Positions 23,603 to 36,321 of a DNA stretch of 64,000 nucleotides are shown one piece after another. Numbering within the stretch: position 1 is the stretch's first letter; each line of letters begins with the position of its first letter. A program made the translations under genes and the position numbers. The DNA comes from Entomortierella parvispora E1425. Its lineage: Eukaryota; Fungi; Mortierellomycota. Below the pieces are notes generated by a model. It worked only from the letters and a program-made list of their open reading frames with translations. It made no database searches and had not been told where the DNA came from. Where the stretch lies: NCBI GenBank assembly GCA_020891255.1, contig BQFW01000014.1:248001-312000 (forward strand). Direction: 5' to 3'.

Positions 23603-25783
23603 TCAATCCTCGTACGCCTCCACTTGCAGCTTTCCAGGGGAGAGCACTGCCTGCTTCCATCGGTTCATCATGAAGATCGCTCCAAGGCTGTACAAGAGGC
23701 TGTACCGGCCAATATCCTGCGATGCCTTGATCACCGCCTCCCGCTTCGCCTGCGCTTTGGCCAATAATCGCCGCATCTTCCATGACAACTTTTTGCGCTG
23801 GATCTTGTTCACTGTCTCGACAATTGCCTGTCGTCCTTCTTGTTGGCGTTGTTTTCGAATGGCTCGGATTCGTTGAAAGAATCGGAATCGGCTCTTGGGT
23901 GGCTCTGCTGGTTCTGATTCGTTTGTCGTTGCAATTACTGTGTCCGCCGTATCGTTTGTCGCCGCATCGGCGCTGTTGTGGGTCGTTGTCATTGACTCAT
24001 CAGTCGTTCTGTCAGGCGCACTGTGACCTGTGTCTCCCTTTGTAAGAGTGGGACTGGACTGTGGTATTGACCCAACCTCTGCCTCGCTCTGTTTCCTGTC
24101 TCGTCGTCTTGACCGGCTTCTTGTCTTTTCTCCTTCCTCGTCTTGATTCTGGAGTCGTTTCTTTTCGTCCCCATAATAATAGTCAGTGTTCGACGGTGAT
24201 CCTGGCCCATCAGGTTGTTGTGGATTCTGGGACCTGCCTTCTGCCTCTTCTATCATCCTACGCTCCTCCTCAATCTCTTCCGGAAAGGGATACGGATGCG
24301 GATGCGGGCAACTGTGGACGGTATCAAACAGTGGTCTGATCAAAAGCGGCGTCAAACATAACCACCATCGCAGAATTGCCATCAACGCCAACATACAGAA
24401 ACTGAGTACCATTCGCAGGGCACTCTGTTCATCCTGCACCACGCCCACCGTCGCAATCGTAGGTCTTTGCATGGCGGACTGATGTCGTTGGTAATTTCGA
24501 AATGTGGGCTCTTTAGATCGATAGGTCTTGAATCCCAAGAATCCCTTCAACAAGTGTCCAGCCTCGCCTCTGGCTGTAAATCCTGAAGAGGCCGCCATCG
24601 AAGCATCGGCTGTGCCTTTGGACAAGACTCGATCCCGATTTGGACTTGAGAAATGATCAATAAGAACATGGGTGGTCCAATAGGTGTTGCAGAGGAACAG
24701 GAGTCCACAAACGATCCAGACCGTTACGCCCCGCTCCTGACGCGTTTTAGTGAATGCAATCGGCTTTTGACAGAGCAAGAAAGGACATGCAGGAACAGAG
24801 CTTGGTTCTCGGGACCGGAATTGGAGCAGTCGTGGAGGAGGTGCCGGTATGACCGACTGAGAGAGCGATAGCATGGGTATCGCTTGGGGTGAAAGATTGG
24901 GTGGCACCAAAGAGGGTTGACTGGCAAACGTAGAATTTTGAAGCGATGCATGCTGTGGATAGAGCTCTGGAGCAGTGGCGGCATGACGCGCAAAATCCTG
25001 CTTGTGTTGAAGTCGACGGGAGGTCCTGGACAGCTTGCTAGATGATGAAGAAATATATCCTTGCTGCTGCGAAAAGTTGCTGTCCTGAGGTACCGGGGAT
25101 GATGCCTGACCTGTGGATGAATGAAGGAAGGATGGAGATACGGCTGGTTGTGCACGAAAGGTCTGCTCGGCTTCGTTTTCATAACTGCCATAGTCACTTT
25201 GGTTGTTCCTGACAGGCTGCTTGCCTCTTCTAACCCTAGATGCTGAGGTTGAAGAAGAGGACGACGATACATGACCGTCTCTGGCATGTCGTGTAGAGGA
25301 GCCTCCATCCTCTCTCTGTTCTGCCGACGATGTTGAAGTCAGCAGTGTCAATGGTGGGGCGGATGCGGCGTGTCTTGGTGCCCGTCTAGGAGCAGATGTC
25401 TCTTGGAGATATTGCAGATGAGATCCTGCAGCTTGGGCCGGCCGCTGTGAAAGCCGGCCGCCCCGATCCAGGAACGGGTTCGCTCGCGAGGACGACGACG
25501 AGCCGGAGGTGGAGGGAGCCGAAATCGATTGCTCATAGGATGGAGGTGGCTCTTGGGCGTCTTCTTCATCCTCGCTGCTAGCACTATCAGAGGGAGCACT
25601 GTATGACGATCGGCGGTCATGTTGACGGGGTTGATTGGAGGTATGCTGTTCTGCACCCTGTCCCTGACTCTGGTCCTGGTCTTGGTCTTGGTCCTGGTCC
25701 TGGGTCTCGGTCTCCGTCTCTGGGTTGTCACTTTGACCGAGCTGGTCGTCCGCTAGATGACGCTGGTGCATTGGCTCCTGCAT
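23603..25783 (-). CDS. Hypothetical membrane protein with a split LITAF-like domain and long disordered N-terminus
   Basis: Intronless 726-aa ORF. PACPFLLCQKPIAFTKTRQERGVTVWIVCGLLFLC...WWLCLTPLLIRPLFDTVHSCPH resembles the two LITAF half-sites. An EPPPSYE PPxY motif lies in the N-terminus. Confidence 0.6.
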   Translation of the reverse strand: MQEPMHQRHLADDQLGQSDNPETETETQDQDQDQDQDQSQGQGAEQHTSNQPRQHDRRSSYSAPSDSASSEDEEDAQEPPPSYEQSISAPSTSGSSSSSRANPFLDRGGRLSQRPAQAAGSHLQYLQETSAPRRAPRHAASAPPLTLLTSTSSAEQREDGGSSTRHARDGHVSSSSSSTSASRVRRGKQPVRNNQSDYGSYENEAEQTFRAQPAVSPSFLHSSTGQASSPVPQDSNFSQQQGYISSSSSKLSRTSRRLQHKQDFARHAATAPELYPQHASLQNSTFASQPSLVPPNLSPQAIPMLSLSQSVIPAPPPRLLQFRSREPSSVPACPFLLCQKPIAFTKTRQERGVTVWIVCGLLFLCNTYWTTHVLIDHFSSPNRDRVLSKGTADASMAASSGFTARGEAGHLLKGFLGFKTYRSKEPTFRNYQRHQSAMQRPTIATVGVVQDEQSALRMVLSFCMLALMAILRWWLCLTPLLIRPLFDTVHSCPHPHPYPFPEEIEEERRMIEEAEGRSQNPQQPDGPGSPSNTDYYYGDEKKRLQNQDEEGEKTRSRSRRRDRKQSEAEVGSIPQSSPTLTKGDTGHSAPDRTTDESMTTTHNSADAATNDTADTVIATTNESEPAEPPKSRFRFFQRIRAIRKQRQQEGRQAIVETVNKIQRKKLSWKMRRLLAKAQAKREAVIKASQDIGRYSLLYSLGAIFMMNRWKQAVLSPGKLQVEAYED

Positions 25784-26147
25784 TGAGTCGACTTCTGGAA
25801 TGACGGGCCGAATGCAACGAAAGCGAATGAGGAATGGGGTTGAAGGAGGGGGAAAGAGGTTCGAGTCGTTCGCTCACTGGCAGGCTGGCACAAATAAACG
25901 GCGAAGGAAGAGAGAAGAGAGCCGCATCACATGAAATTGGCATCGTTTTATTGCGATTACAGTGTTGTTTGCTTTGGGCAGTATGGACGCAACAGAGTGG
26001 CCCATGCGGGGACCATGCGAAGGGAGAGCGGGTGAAAATGGGGAAGTGTGAGTGCCAAGACCACGGTTTTATTTACAAAGGTTGGCGGGCAGGCTGGTAA
26101 GGATACAGCTGACGCCGCAGGGGTCGCATGGGTAATATGTCCCAATC

Positions 26148-28189
26148 TTAAACACGCAATTCCATCGGTGGCTCCTGCTCTGGGATCCGTCGAAGACCAA
26201 ACTTGGGTTCCCGGAAAGCCACAATCTCCTCTTCGGTCGGAGGGGCACCTTTGGCGTCAGACTTAATCGGCGTAATATTGATCATATTCGTGATTCCAGC
26301 CAAGATTTGTTCATTCTGCTTTGCTTTCAGAGCAGCACGGCTGTCCTTGGTCGCGTTCTGGTTACTCATTCCAGCAGATCCTCCGTTAAAACCTTGGGCT
26401 CCAGAGGCAAAAGGACTTGGTTGAGCGTTATTGCCAAATGCACTTGTTGACGACGGTTGACCAAACCCAGAGTTTCCAGTAGTGGCGGCCCCACCTCCAA
26501 AGGCAGATGACTGTTGTCCGAACCCACCGCCGCCTCCTCCAAACACGCTAGCAGTGGTCTGTTGCGCCGCGGTATTTCCAAACGCGCTTCCACTACCGAA
26601 TGCGCTGCCACCCCCTCCACTGCCGAATGCACTTGTGGTTGTTGCTGGGGCTGTTGCGTTTGCATTTGACCCAAAGGCGCTGTTTCCTGATCCGAACGCA
26701 CTGTTGGCAGTTGCATTGTTCGATCCAAATGCACTGTTGCCGGATCCAAATGCGCTGTTGCCTGATCCAAATGCGCTATTGGGGGCAGCACTAGCCGTAT
26801 TGGCGGCATTCCCGAAAGCGCTGTTGCCCGCGCCGAAAGCAGAGTTTCCTCCAGAACCAAAAGCTGATGATCCAGATCCGAAAGCGCCTCCTCCTGTGCC
26901 GAAAGCACTTTGTCCAGCTCCCAAGGTGGAAGTCTGTCCAAACGCACTTCCTCCAGATCCCAGTGTAGAAGTTTGTCCAAAGGCACTCCCTCCAGATCCT
27001 AGTGTGGAGGTCTGACCAAACGCGCTCTGTCCTGCTCCAAGGGTTGAGGTCTGTCCAAAAGCACTTCCTGGCGTCGATGTCTGGCCAAAGGCGCTCTGAC
27101 CGGATCCGAGGGTGGATGTCTGACCAAAAGCCGAGTTTTGACCAAAGGCCGAGTTTTGACCGAATGCAGAGTTTTGTCCAAAGGCCGATGCTCCACTGCC
27201 GAAAGCCGATACGCCAGTGCTGGCTCCGCCAAAGGCACTGTTGCCTGTAGCAGCTGCCCCGGCCGTTGAGCCACTGGCTGCCTGTGTCCTGACTGTGTTC
27301 ATAAAATAGTTGTAGGCACCCTGTGCATCACGCGTGATTTGCTGGACTTCTGTGGTCATGACGCTGTTCAGCTGCTGAAGTTTTTGATGAAATAGCGGCT
27401 CCATAGCGGCGGGCCCTTGTCCAGATGCAGTAGCGGCAGCGACCAGTCCTGAGTAATCCCCAGTAGCCTGGGCCAAAGCAGGGTTCTTGGCCTCGTAATA
27501 CATAAGTCGAAGCTCCTCTGCCTGCATATCCGTGCCCTTGATCAGGTTTGGTTCCTCCTTTCCTGGCGCATATGACGACAGCTGATGTACAGGTCTATCC
27601 GATACTAGATCAGCATTAATACTGTTTGCACTACAAACATTAAGAAAAAAAATGAGAGGATCCAGTCAGATTTGAACTGTACGCTTTTTTTCGGCTTGAA
27701 ATCTGGCATTTCAAGGACTGAGCTATGTCCTGTATACTCACTCAAAGGCGATTTTCTTTCCACCAGCGGCGGTAGCCGCAGCATTTTGCGTGTTGCTTGC
27801 TCCGCCAAACCCTCCTTTCTGTCCGAATGCGCTTCCTGAAGATGAACCTCCGAATCCGCCTCCGCTACCAAACCCACCACCTCCACCGAACCCTCCGCCA
27901 CTTCCAAATCCACCACCGCCACTGCTGCCGCCGAGCGCTATAGTCAAAGAGGAGCGAGTCGCGTTAGAATATGTATTTTTTTCAATAATCATAAAAGCGA
28001 ATGCTTCTTTCATTCCACGAGTGATTCCTCCATACCAGCAAAGGAGTTTGTGTTACTTCCACCGAATCCACCACCACTTCCAAAGCTTGTGGAGCCGAAT
28101 TGTGAGGATGGGTTCTGATGAATCTGTCGGCAGTTGGCACCGAATCGGCATCGACCTTGCAGATGGTACTGACAGATCTGCCCTGACAT
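26148..28189 (-). CDS. NUP42: FG-repeat nucleoporin with N-terminal CCCH zinc finger (Nup42/Amo1/NUPL2-like)
   Basis: MSGQICQYHLQGRCRFGANCRQIH (C-x7-C-x5-C-x3-H); dozens of SAFG/GGFG repeats; C-terminal EEIVAFREPKFGLRRIPEQEPPMELR resembling the Gle1-binding tail. Confidence 0.85.
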
Positions 28190-28627
28190 GATGTAAGGAC
28201 TGTTGAACTTGTTCTGAAGGAGAAGGGAGTTGATGGGTCCTGTTGACGCCTATTATGTGGTTTTTCCTGGGAGTGTATGGATGCAGATGCAAGATTAATG
28301 GAACTAGGAAGGTGCTGCGTTGCAAATTTGATCACATGAAGCTGAGCAGGGTGGCAAAAGAGCGGCGCCACGCCGCCACCATGCGAAATCATCACGTGAT
28401 CGAAAGTGTCGCGTCCAAAAAAAATTCAGACCCTTCTGTCGCCCTCCCTAGACAACACCCCCCCCCCCCCATTGAAAACGCTCAATTACCTAGAGAAGGT
28501 ATAGTCTTTGTTTTTATTTGTTGCCAAGAGATGAATTTGCCACCTTTGTGTTGCGTTTCTATACTAAAGATCATAAAAAATGATTCACTTCAAACTTGGA
28601 AGGAGATCGTTATTTCACCAGTCTTGT

Positions 28628-31154
28628 TTAGAGCATGGCGATCATGGAGCCGACCAAGACAAAGACGGTCAAGAATCCAGAAGCCGAGGCAGCGTTCAAA
28701 GCCAAAGCAGAGTTCTTCTTTCCGCCGCCCTTTCCGCCCTTGACGTCGTCATCGCCACCCTTGGTGGGCTTGGGTGGAGGAGGGACACGGTCGGTGGTTG
28801 AGTTGTTGATGGTAAAGTTCAGCTGTGTAGCAACCAACTGGGACATGTCGTGGATCCAACCACGGACCGAGTACTGCATGTCCTTGGTGATGTTGTCCAA
28901 GTTGTTGTTAAAGTCGGCCCAAGTGTAACCCGTCACGAGACCGGGGCCGGTTCTGTTGATCTGAGTATCCCACAAGTAATCGGCCGACAACATTTGGTTG
29001 TAGGTCGCAATACGGGGGAAGAGACCTGCGGGCTTGAAGGACGTGCCAACAATCTCTGTCAGGATCTGTTGGAAGAGTCCGTTGATGGCAGTATTCTTGA
29101 TGATCAACTTGGAGACCAAGGGATGGTCGGGCTGGAAGTTGTAGAGGGTCTCGTAAGAGGACAAGGTCGAGACAGGGAAACCGTTACCGAATGTTCCATC
29201 GAAATCAGTGGGAAGCCACTGCCATTTGCCCGAGGTGCCGAGCGAGGGGTTGAAGTACAAGAAGTAGTTGGAAGCTGACATCCAGTAAGCATCAAAGGAG
29301 CCCATGAGGTATTCACAGGCCATGTTGCGCAAGAATCCATCCAGATCCAAGCGAGTGTTGTTCCAGTATCCAATGGGGTCCGTGGTGTTGACGGGGTCAA
29401 AATTTTGGAGATCCAACATGAACTGGATCAATTGAGTCAAGGGAGCAGCAGCAGTGTTGTTGCCAAGGACGACGTCCGTGTAGGTGTCGGGGTTGTAGCT
29501 GGTGTTGGTAGCTCCCTTATAAACAAGGTCAGCCTGATCGGTCAGAGAAGGTGCATTCATCTACAAAGCGAGGCGAGTAGGGAACGAAGAGAAGCAAAAA
29601 AGAAAAGAAGTCAGTCAAAGCTTTAGACAATCGAAATGAACAAAAGAATGACAGAACCCCTTCTTTACCTGAACCAAAGATCCAATGGCGGCATTGGGGT
29701 TACCTCCGTAAACAGTCTGCTTGATAAAGGACTTCTTGATATCATCGACCATCAGGTACAAACCAAAGGGGTTGTTGTTTACAAACAAACGAACATAGGC
29801 GCCCTGTTGCGTAGGGACACCCACGGCATTGAGCATATCAATGTAAATCTTCTCGCGCATCACGGTAGGGTCTGTGGCCTCGGAACGCAACTTCAAGTTG
29901 GGACGGGAGAAGAAGGTCTGGTTGTAATCGGTATCGAACGAGAACTTGTAGGCCTGCTTCTGGTAATCCTTGGACGACTTGCCTGAGGTCTTGAATGTGA
30001 TGTTCTTCTGATCGTAAATCATATGATGGTCAATCCAACGGAAATCCACTTTGATATCTGTGGCCAAGTTGGGGTTGGCGTTCAAGGCGGCAATCTGGGA
30101 GGGGTCAGCAGTGACATGGATGGTGGCAATCTCGTCGTCGTTAAAGACCTTGGTGTAGGAGGGCCAGGTGGCGAGATAGGTGTAAGGGATATGGGGGAGC
30201 TCCCATTTGGTGACCTGACGTTGGAAGAACTCGTTGTAGGTGTGGGTGGAGTTGGCTTTGGGCAAGGTTCGAGTAAAGTTCTCGGTTTTGACAGCAGCCC
30301 CTGTAGCGTCGATCTCCACATACTGGTACTGGACGGCGGATGTTGTTCCAGGAACCACACCCGTCCAAACAGGGAAAGTCGTCTCGTTGGCCACCAGTTT
30401 GGTAATCTGTCCGTTGATGGACACTCCAAAGCTGTTGGTGGTAGCCGAGGGATACCCAACGACATTGAAGGCAACTAGTTTCAAGATGGAAAAAAAAAAA
30501 AAAAAAAAAAAGAGAGAGCAAACAGTGGGTTAGTCTAGAGTCCTGGGGTTGATGATTTTTTTGCCGTAAACACAAACAAGGCTGTTGTGGGACCGGGGAA
30601 GAGATAAAGAGACAAGAGAGGTGCGTGGTTTAACCCAAAGAGATCATTGGCAACGATGAAGCTCTCGACAATTTAGATGATTATCCATCCGTGAGCACAC
30701 ACACAGGCACGGTCAGGAAATCATCTGAAGTTCAAAAAATTGACTGAATTTTTCCGTCCTGTGGCCAGTGGGAGGACAGATTGGTCGTGTGCAGCGGTCG
30801 TGTGTGCTTGTGCAGAAAGGTCGTGTGGTGCAACGATTCTTTGTCGAAACCCCGGGAACGATGACCAGAGAAAAAAAATTGTTGAACAGAGAATATGTGA
30901 CAGGATCCTAAATAACTCGATCCCAAAAATGGCTGAAAGCGAGCCTGGTTTCCAATGACGGAGGTCCCCTGGATCTCTGTCGACTCACACACAGCGACCA
31001 AAACCTTCATAAGGCAAGTTTTTTCCTTGGGTTCCATCCTTCTATTTCTAAAGGCAAGACACTTGTGAAGGTTGAAAGGAGGGTACATACTTTGAGCCAT
31101 TGAGACAGACGCCAGGGTGGCCAAACCGGCCAGACCTGCGACGATGCGAACCAT
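28628..31154 (-). CDS. CotH kinase-family secreted/GPI-anchored protein #1 (exons 31091-31154, ~29665-30474, 28628-~29552)
   Basis: Signal peptide MVRIVAGLAGLATLASVSMAQ; FKTSGKSSKDYQKQAYKF; RPNLKLRSEATDPTVMREKIY; GLYLMVDDIKKSF; DAYWMSASNYFLY; WQWLPTDFDGTFG; PPPPK linker and hydrophobic C-terminal tail. Confidence 0.92.
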
Positions 31155-32007
31155 GGTCGTTGAAGGAGGGTTGAGATTCAAGGGGAGTTGGGAGGGTAAA
31201 GTCGAGGGGTGTCTTGGCAAACGGTTGCTAAACGGCAACTGAAGGGGGAGAGGTGAGGTATTTAAGTCGGAGCACGACAGGGAAAGGCAGGGCAAACAGG
31301 GGTGCTCTGGGGCAGAGAAGAGGGGTCGGTGAAGAACGAGAACAAGAGAGAGGAAAGGAAGCCGACTCCAGGGGTTTGTCTAAATAAAGCCGACGAAAAG
31401 GCCTGAACATCCCTCTTCTCCCGAAAAAAACACACTCGCCGTTTGCCCGACTCACCGCCTTCTCGGCCACCACACACACAAAAACCCCTTTCCCCCAGAA
31501 TTGCTCTCAACTCCCCAGCAGTTGGACACACCGGGTCCGCAACAATTGAAATGCAGCGCATTCCTTTTGGAAAGAACAATCCAAACGACCAAAGTCAAAA
31601 AATCGCCTGCGGCAAGTGAGCGTCTAGTAGACATGCACATACTGCCGACGCCCTCTTCACTCTTGTCAACCCAAGAAGGAACGCCGCTCGGTTATAAATA
31701 ACAGGCCTTTGAACGATAAACCAATCCTAAAAAAAAATAACCAGCGGGCTGGAGGACAAACATTCATGCGTCGTTTTACGAATGCTGCCTTGCTTTGTGC
31801 TCAACTGACTGGCTTTAATCTTGACTGAAGAATGGACATGACGACAACAAAAAGTGGACAGCAGAGGTACTCGATTGTTGTTGGTATACGCTTTTTTTTA
31901 ATGGTTTTGTGACGATGTGATCTATGAGTGTGTGTCGAGAACAGTACTGTACAGTACAGCAAGGGGGAGGAGAACGATGGGGGAGAACAGAAAAATAAAG
32001 AAACTTT

Positions 32008-33900
32008 TTAGAGAGCCATGGCAATACCGACAGTCAAGAAAGCGAGCATTCCCTGGACCATCCAAGATTGGGAGGTCAGGAACGAAGCCGAGCTCACGTT
32101 CTGTGACTTGTCGGTTTCTTGCGAAGGGTCATCATTCTCCTCATCCTCGGGGTTGCCCTGATCACCCTTCTTGGGGGGAGGGGGGACACGATCGGCCACA
32201 CCAGCGGGAATCGTAAAACCCAAGTCCTTGGTGACCACATCGTTCATTCTCTCGATCCAGGACAGGATACCGGTTTGCATGTCCTTAGTACTGTTGTAAA
32301 CGTTGTTGTTAAAGTCATCAAACGTAAAGTTGTTGTTCTTTCCAACACTCAGACGCGTCAAGGAGATGTCCCACTTGGCATCGAGCTGGAGCATCTGGTT
32401 GTAGGCCTTGGCACGGGGAAGCATGGCCTCGGGCTTAAAAACGGTTGAAACAATCTCCTTCATGGTCTGCTCAAACAGGGTGTTGATGGCAGGGTTCTGG
32501 AGGATCAACTTGCTGACCAGAGGCTTGTCTCCACGGACAGCAAAGTCACCGTAGGTCTTGTACGAGGGAGGGGTGCTGGTGGGGAATCCGCTTCCGAAGG
32601 TGTTGTCGAAATCAGTAGGGAGCCACTGCCATCTGCCGCCGAGAGAGGGGTTCTTGTACATGAAGTAGTTGGATCCAGAGTACCAGTAAGTGTCAAAGGC
32701 TCCCATGAGGTACTCACAGGCCATGTTGCGCAAGAATCCATCCAACTCCAGACGGGTGCCGTTCCAGTAGTCGACGGCGTTGGGGTTGTTCACGCCATCA
32801 AAAGCTTGAAGGTCCGACATAAAGCTGATAAGCTCCCTGAGAGGGTCTGTCTCGGGATTGTTTCCGAGATTCTCAGATTCATAGCTGACTTTGTCATAGT
32901 CGGCGGTTGTGGGTCCCTTATAGATCAAATCGGCCATGGAGGTGTAGGCATTCATTTGGACCAAGGAGCCACGGAGAATACTTGGGTCTCCAGCATGGAC
33001 GGTCTGCTTCAAGAACGACTTTTTGATATCGTCAACCATAAGGAAGAGACCGTAGGGGACATTGTTGACATAGAGGCGGACCCAGGCACCTTGCTGGGTG
33101 GGGACACCGACAGAGTTGAGAACATCGATATACAACTTCTCACGGAGCATGGTAGGATCCTGGACCATGCTTCTCAGCTTGATGTTGGGGCGGGAGAAGA
33201 AGGTCTGGTTGAGCTTGGTGTCAAACTTGAGCTTGAAAGCCTGCTTGGAGAAATCCTTTGAAGACTTGCCAGAAGTCTTGAAGGTGATGTTGCGAACAGT
33301 GTGGATGGTGTCTGAGTTGATGAAACGGAAGTCGACAAAGTAGTCCTGTTCAGCCTTTGGGTTGGCGTGCATCTCGGCGATTTGGGCAACAGGGGCCGTG
33401 ATGTGGATGGTGGCAATCTGCTTTTGCTTGAAGGCCTTTGTCTTTGAGGGATAGGTGGCCAAGTAGGTATAAGGCAACTTGGGGAGGTCCCAAACTGTTG
33501 TGGGTCTCTCAAAGAACTCGTTCAAAGTCCGGGTATCAGTGACGTTGGCCATCTTGCGAGTGAATGCCTCAGTCTTGACCACCGTACCGGCAGAGGAAAG
33601 CTCAACATAAGAGTATTCAACCGAGCCACTTGTACCGGGAACAGAGCCAGTCCAGACAGGGATGATACTGTCGTTACTGGACAACTTGTGAACAGTCCCG
33701 CCGATAGAAACACCAAAGGAACCAGAACCAGAGGATGTGTAGCCGACAACATTGAAAGTGACTATGCAAGTGGGGTGAGTGGACCAGTTGATTAGCAATT
33801 GGAGATTGCTTTGGAGATCTCCATTTGGCACAAGTCATCGGCGCTTACTGTCGGCAAAGGCAACAGAGGCCAGGGAAGTGAGGGCGAGAAGCAGTTTCAT
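32008..33900 (-). CDS. CotH kinase-family secreted/GPI-anchored protein #2 (exons 33849-33900, 32008-33761)
   Basis: Signal peptide MKLLLALTSLASVAFAD/ITFNVVGY; the same CotH motifs (RPNIKLRSMVQDPTMLREKLY, DTYWYSGSNYFMY, WQWLPTDFDNTFG); hydrophobic C-terminal tail. Confidence 0.93.
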
Positions 33901-35154
33901 GACGGACTGCAAATGCTGAGAATGGAGCGGTCGTAAGCCGAAAGTATGCAATGAAATGAGTTGGTGAAGGGGAGGAGGGGAGGAGATGTCTGCTGGGCGA
34001 TGAAGAAGGGGTGAAAGGAAAGGTGTGGAGTGGATTCTGGGAAGCTGGTAAGGGACGGAGACGTGAAGAAGGTAAAGATGTGGGATCAACAGCCGACCGG
34101 GTTTTATGGCAAAAAGGACAGGGTATGATACAAGCGTGTGGAAAGAATGAATGGGGAGAAGACTGAAAAAGAAAGAGTTTGACGCGACGTCTTGGATCAA
34201 AGCTCTCTGCAATTATCTCTCCTCCAAACCCATCTTCTAGATAGAACGATCCCAAGGGTCGGTCTGTTGCAGGGGTGCATTTGCAAAACGTTTTCCTGGT
34301 CCTGTCTCGGTTTTGCTTTTTGGTTCGACCTGACTATGCAAAACTCTGGGAGAAACAAGGTCCCTGGCCAAAGTGCCCCCCTAGGTCTCGTCCTCTGCTC
34401 GCACTTCTTTTTTCTGAAAAACGACCCATCCTCTCCCAGGGTTGCAACCCTGCCAAGATAGGGGTGTGCTGTCGAAGTTATCTGGTGGATATGAATAGAT
34501 GGCAGCTGCGAGGAGGACAGCGGCCAGTCCAGCAAGCAAACATCAAGGGCAAAAAAAAAGGTCGCGTTCAGAAATTTCCGGGCCCATCCCACCTTCTAGT
34601 TAGACAGAAGACGCAACATCCATGTAATGCCCCGCCAATTTTAGCAGGCCACGAGCCAGGGACTCTGGCCCTGGGTTTGAGCAGGGGTCGTTTGATTACC
34701 CTTTTGCCAGCGGAGGTAGAGAGAGAGAACAGGATGGGGGCTGTTTCAAGTGGCGAAGTTGCGGACGATGGAATCGGGGAGGAAGAGCACAGTCCTGCCA
34801 GTCCAAAATATGCTTTGCGCGCTTTCCCGGGATTCCAAAGATTCTTTTCGCCACTCTGAACAGGCAGATCGACGAGCGGAAATGATACACAAGGCTCAAC
34901 GAATCTGCTTTTTTTTTTTTTTTTTTTTTTTGCTGTTTCCCTTCCCTGCTCTCCCTGTCTTCAAGACCAGCAGACGACCACCCAATTGCACAAAAAGCAC
35001 TTTTTCGCTACGAGAGAATGTCTAGTCAACGTTAGTGATAAAACCTATCTTTAGGTCAGTCAAGATGTTCATGACCAAACAAGTACAAATAGCCACTCTC
35101 TTTTATTGCGTAAGTGCGTGTACGCTTCTGTGTATAGGTCACCATTCAGGGCTT

Positions 35155-36321
35155 CTAAAGGGCATCTGCCAGTCGTCTTGCCAAAAGACTGGATACACTC
35201 TCGACCATCATGCGGATGGTGGCGTTTCCTGACGAAATGAGATCAACCTGCTGCGTCATGGGATGTGCACCAGGAAGTCTCTTTTCAGAATCGAATACGC
35301 CACTGTCCTGTCCTGCTTCCATGGCCTCAGTGATACCCACGAAGGGAGCATTACAGATCAAATAGTTTGGCCACACAATGTCGTCAAAGTAACCTGGAGG
35401 ATCGACCCAGTATCCTACGAGCATCGAGTTGTGTAATCACGTTAATTTCTTCTGGCAAGTTGATTTCATAGAGCGTCAAGTGCACACAAGGTGAGCAGCA
35501 ACAATAATGAGCAGACTACGGGGCCCTTACCCTCTAGTGTAGCATATCCTTTCCTAGACTCGCGTCTATCTTTCAGGATCTGATATGGAGCAGTGAGGAA
35601 GAACTTGAAGTCAATAGCGTTCCTCAATTGCTCATCCACGTAGAGGATGAATCCATCCAGAATGACAAACATCGTCGTCATTCGTTCCTCCTCAGGGAGA
35701 GGGGCCAGAATCTTTTCTCTCAACTCGTCCAGGATGTTTTGGGGTATGGGGGATGACAAGGCCTTGGAGCCGACGGGATTCTTGTCCTCCAACGAGTCGA
35801 ATCCCTCAGGGAATACACCATGCTTTCGAACATGGCTCAATGTGGCGTTCATGGCAGAAAAGTCGATGGCCGCTGGGCAGTCCCAGTTGGCGAGGCCATT
35901 CTTCGGGTCGATCGGGATCTGGACTTCTGGGAGATAGAAATCGTCCTGGTGAACAATGGTGCTGTTGGGCAAAATGGCCTTGAGGTAGCGAGCCACAGTC
36001 TGTGTGATCATACCGAAGAATCGGATTAGCCAAAACGATCTCGCACGCCATGCAATTCGCCCCTCAAAAAAAGATCTCCTCTTTACCGTTTTCCCGCCAG
36101 ATGATGGTCCACTATAGATTGAAAGCGGATCTGCCCTGGTTAGAGATGCCCTGTTTGTCAACGAAACTATTCACCTTGCTTCGCCTTGTCCGTGCGGACT
36201 CCTACCTCAGTCCAATGGTGACGACTCTGGTGATAGTCTGTGAGGTATCGATGCCGGTGCTACTGGGGGTAAGGAGGGGGTTTGTGACCCCGTTGTGGAT
36301 GGGCTGCACAAGGGTTGGCAT
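35155..36321 (-). CDS. NRK1: Nicotinamide riboside kinase (uridine kinase-like P-loop family)
   Basis: VVTIGLS/GPSSGGKT/TVARYL (P-loop on the 25-nt exon 36087-36111); IVHQDDFY; NWDCPAAIDF; ILDGFILY; RESRKGYATLEG; YWVDPPGYFDDIVWPNY. Confidence 0.88.

Noticed and set aside
26400-27300. Regularly spaced repeats that might suggest a CRISPR-like array
   Set aside because: They are coding SAFG nucleoporin repeats with no unique spacers, in a eukaryotic context.
10155-28189. Apparent functional cluster of genome-maintenance and mRNA-export genes (RAD50, THOC1, BCP1, CAC2, NUP42)
   Set aside because: These are common housekeeping genes with broad functional categories. There is no evidence of selection for linkage without synteny data.
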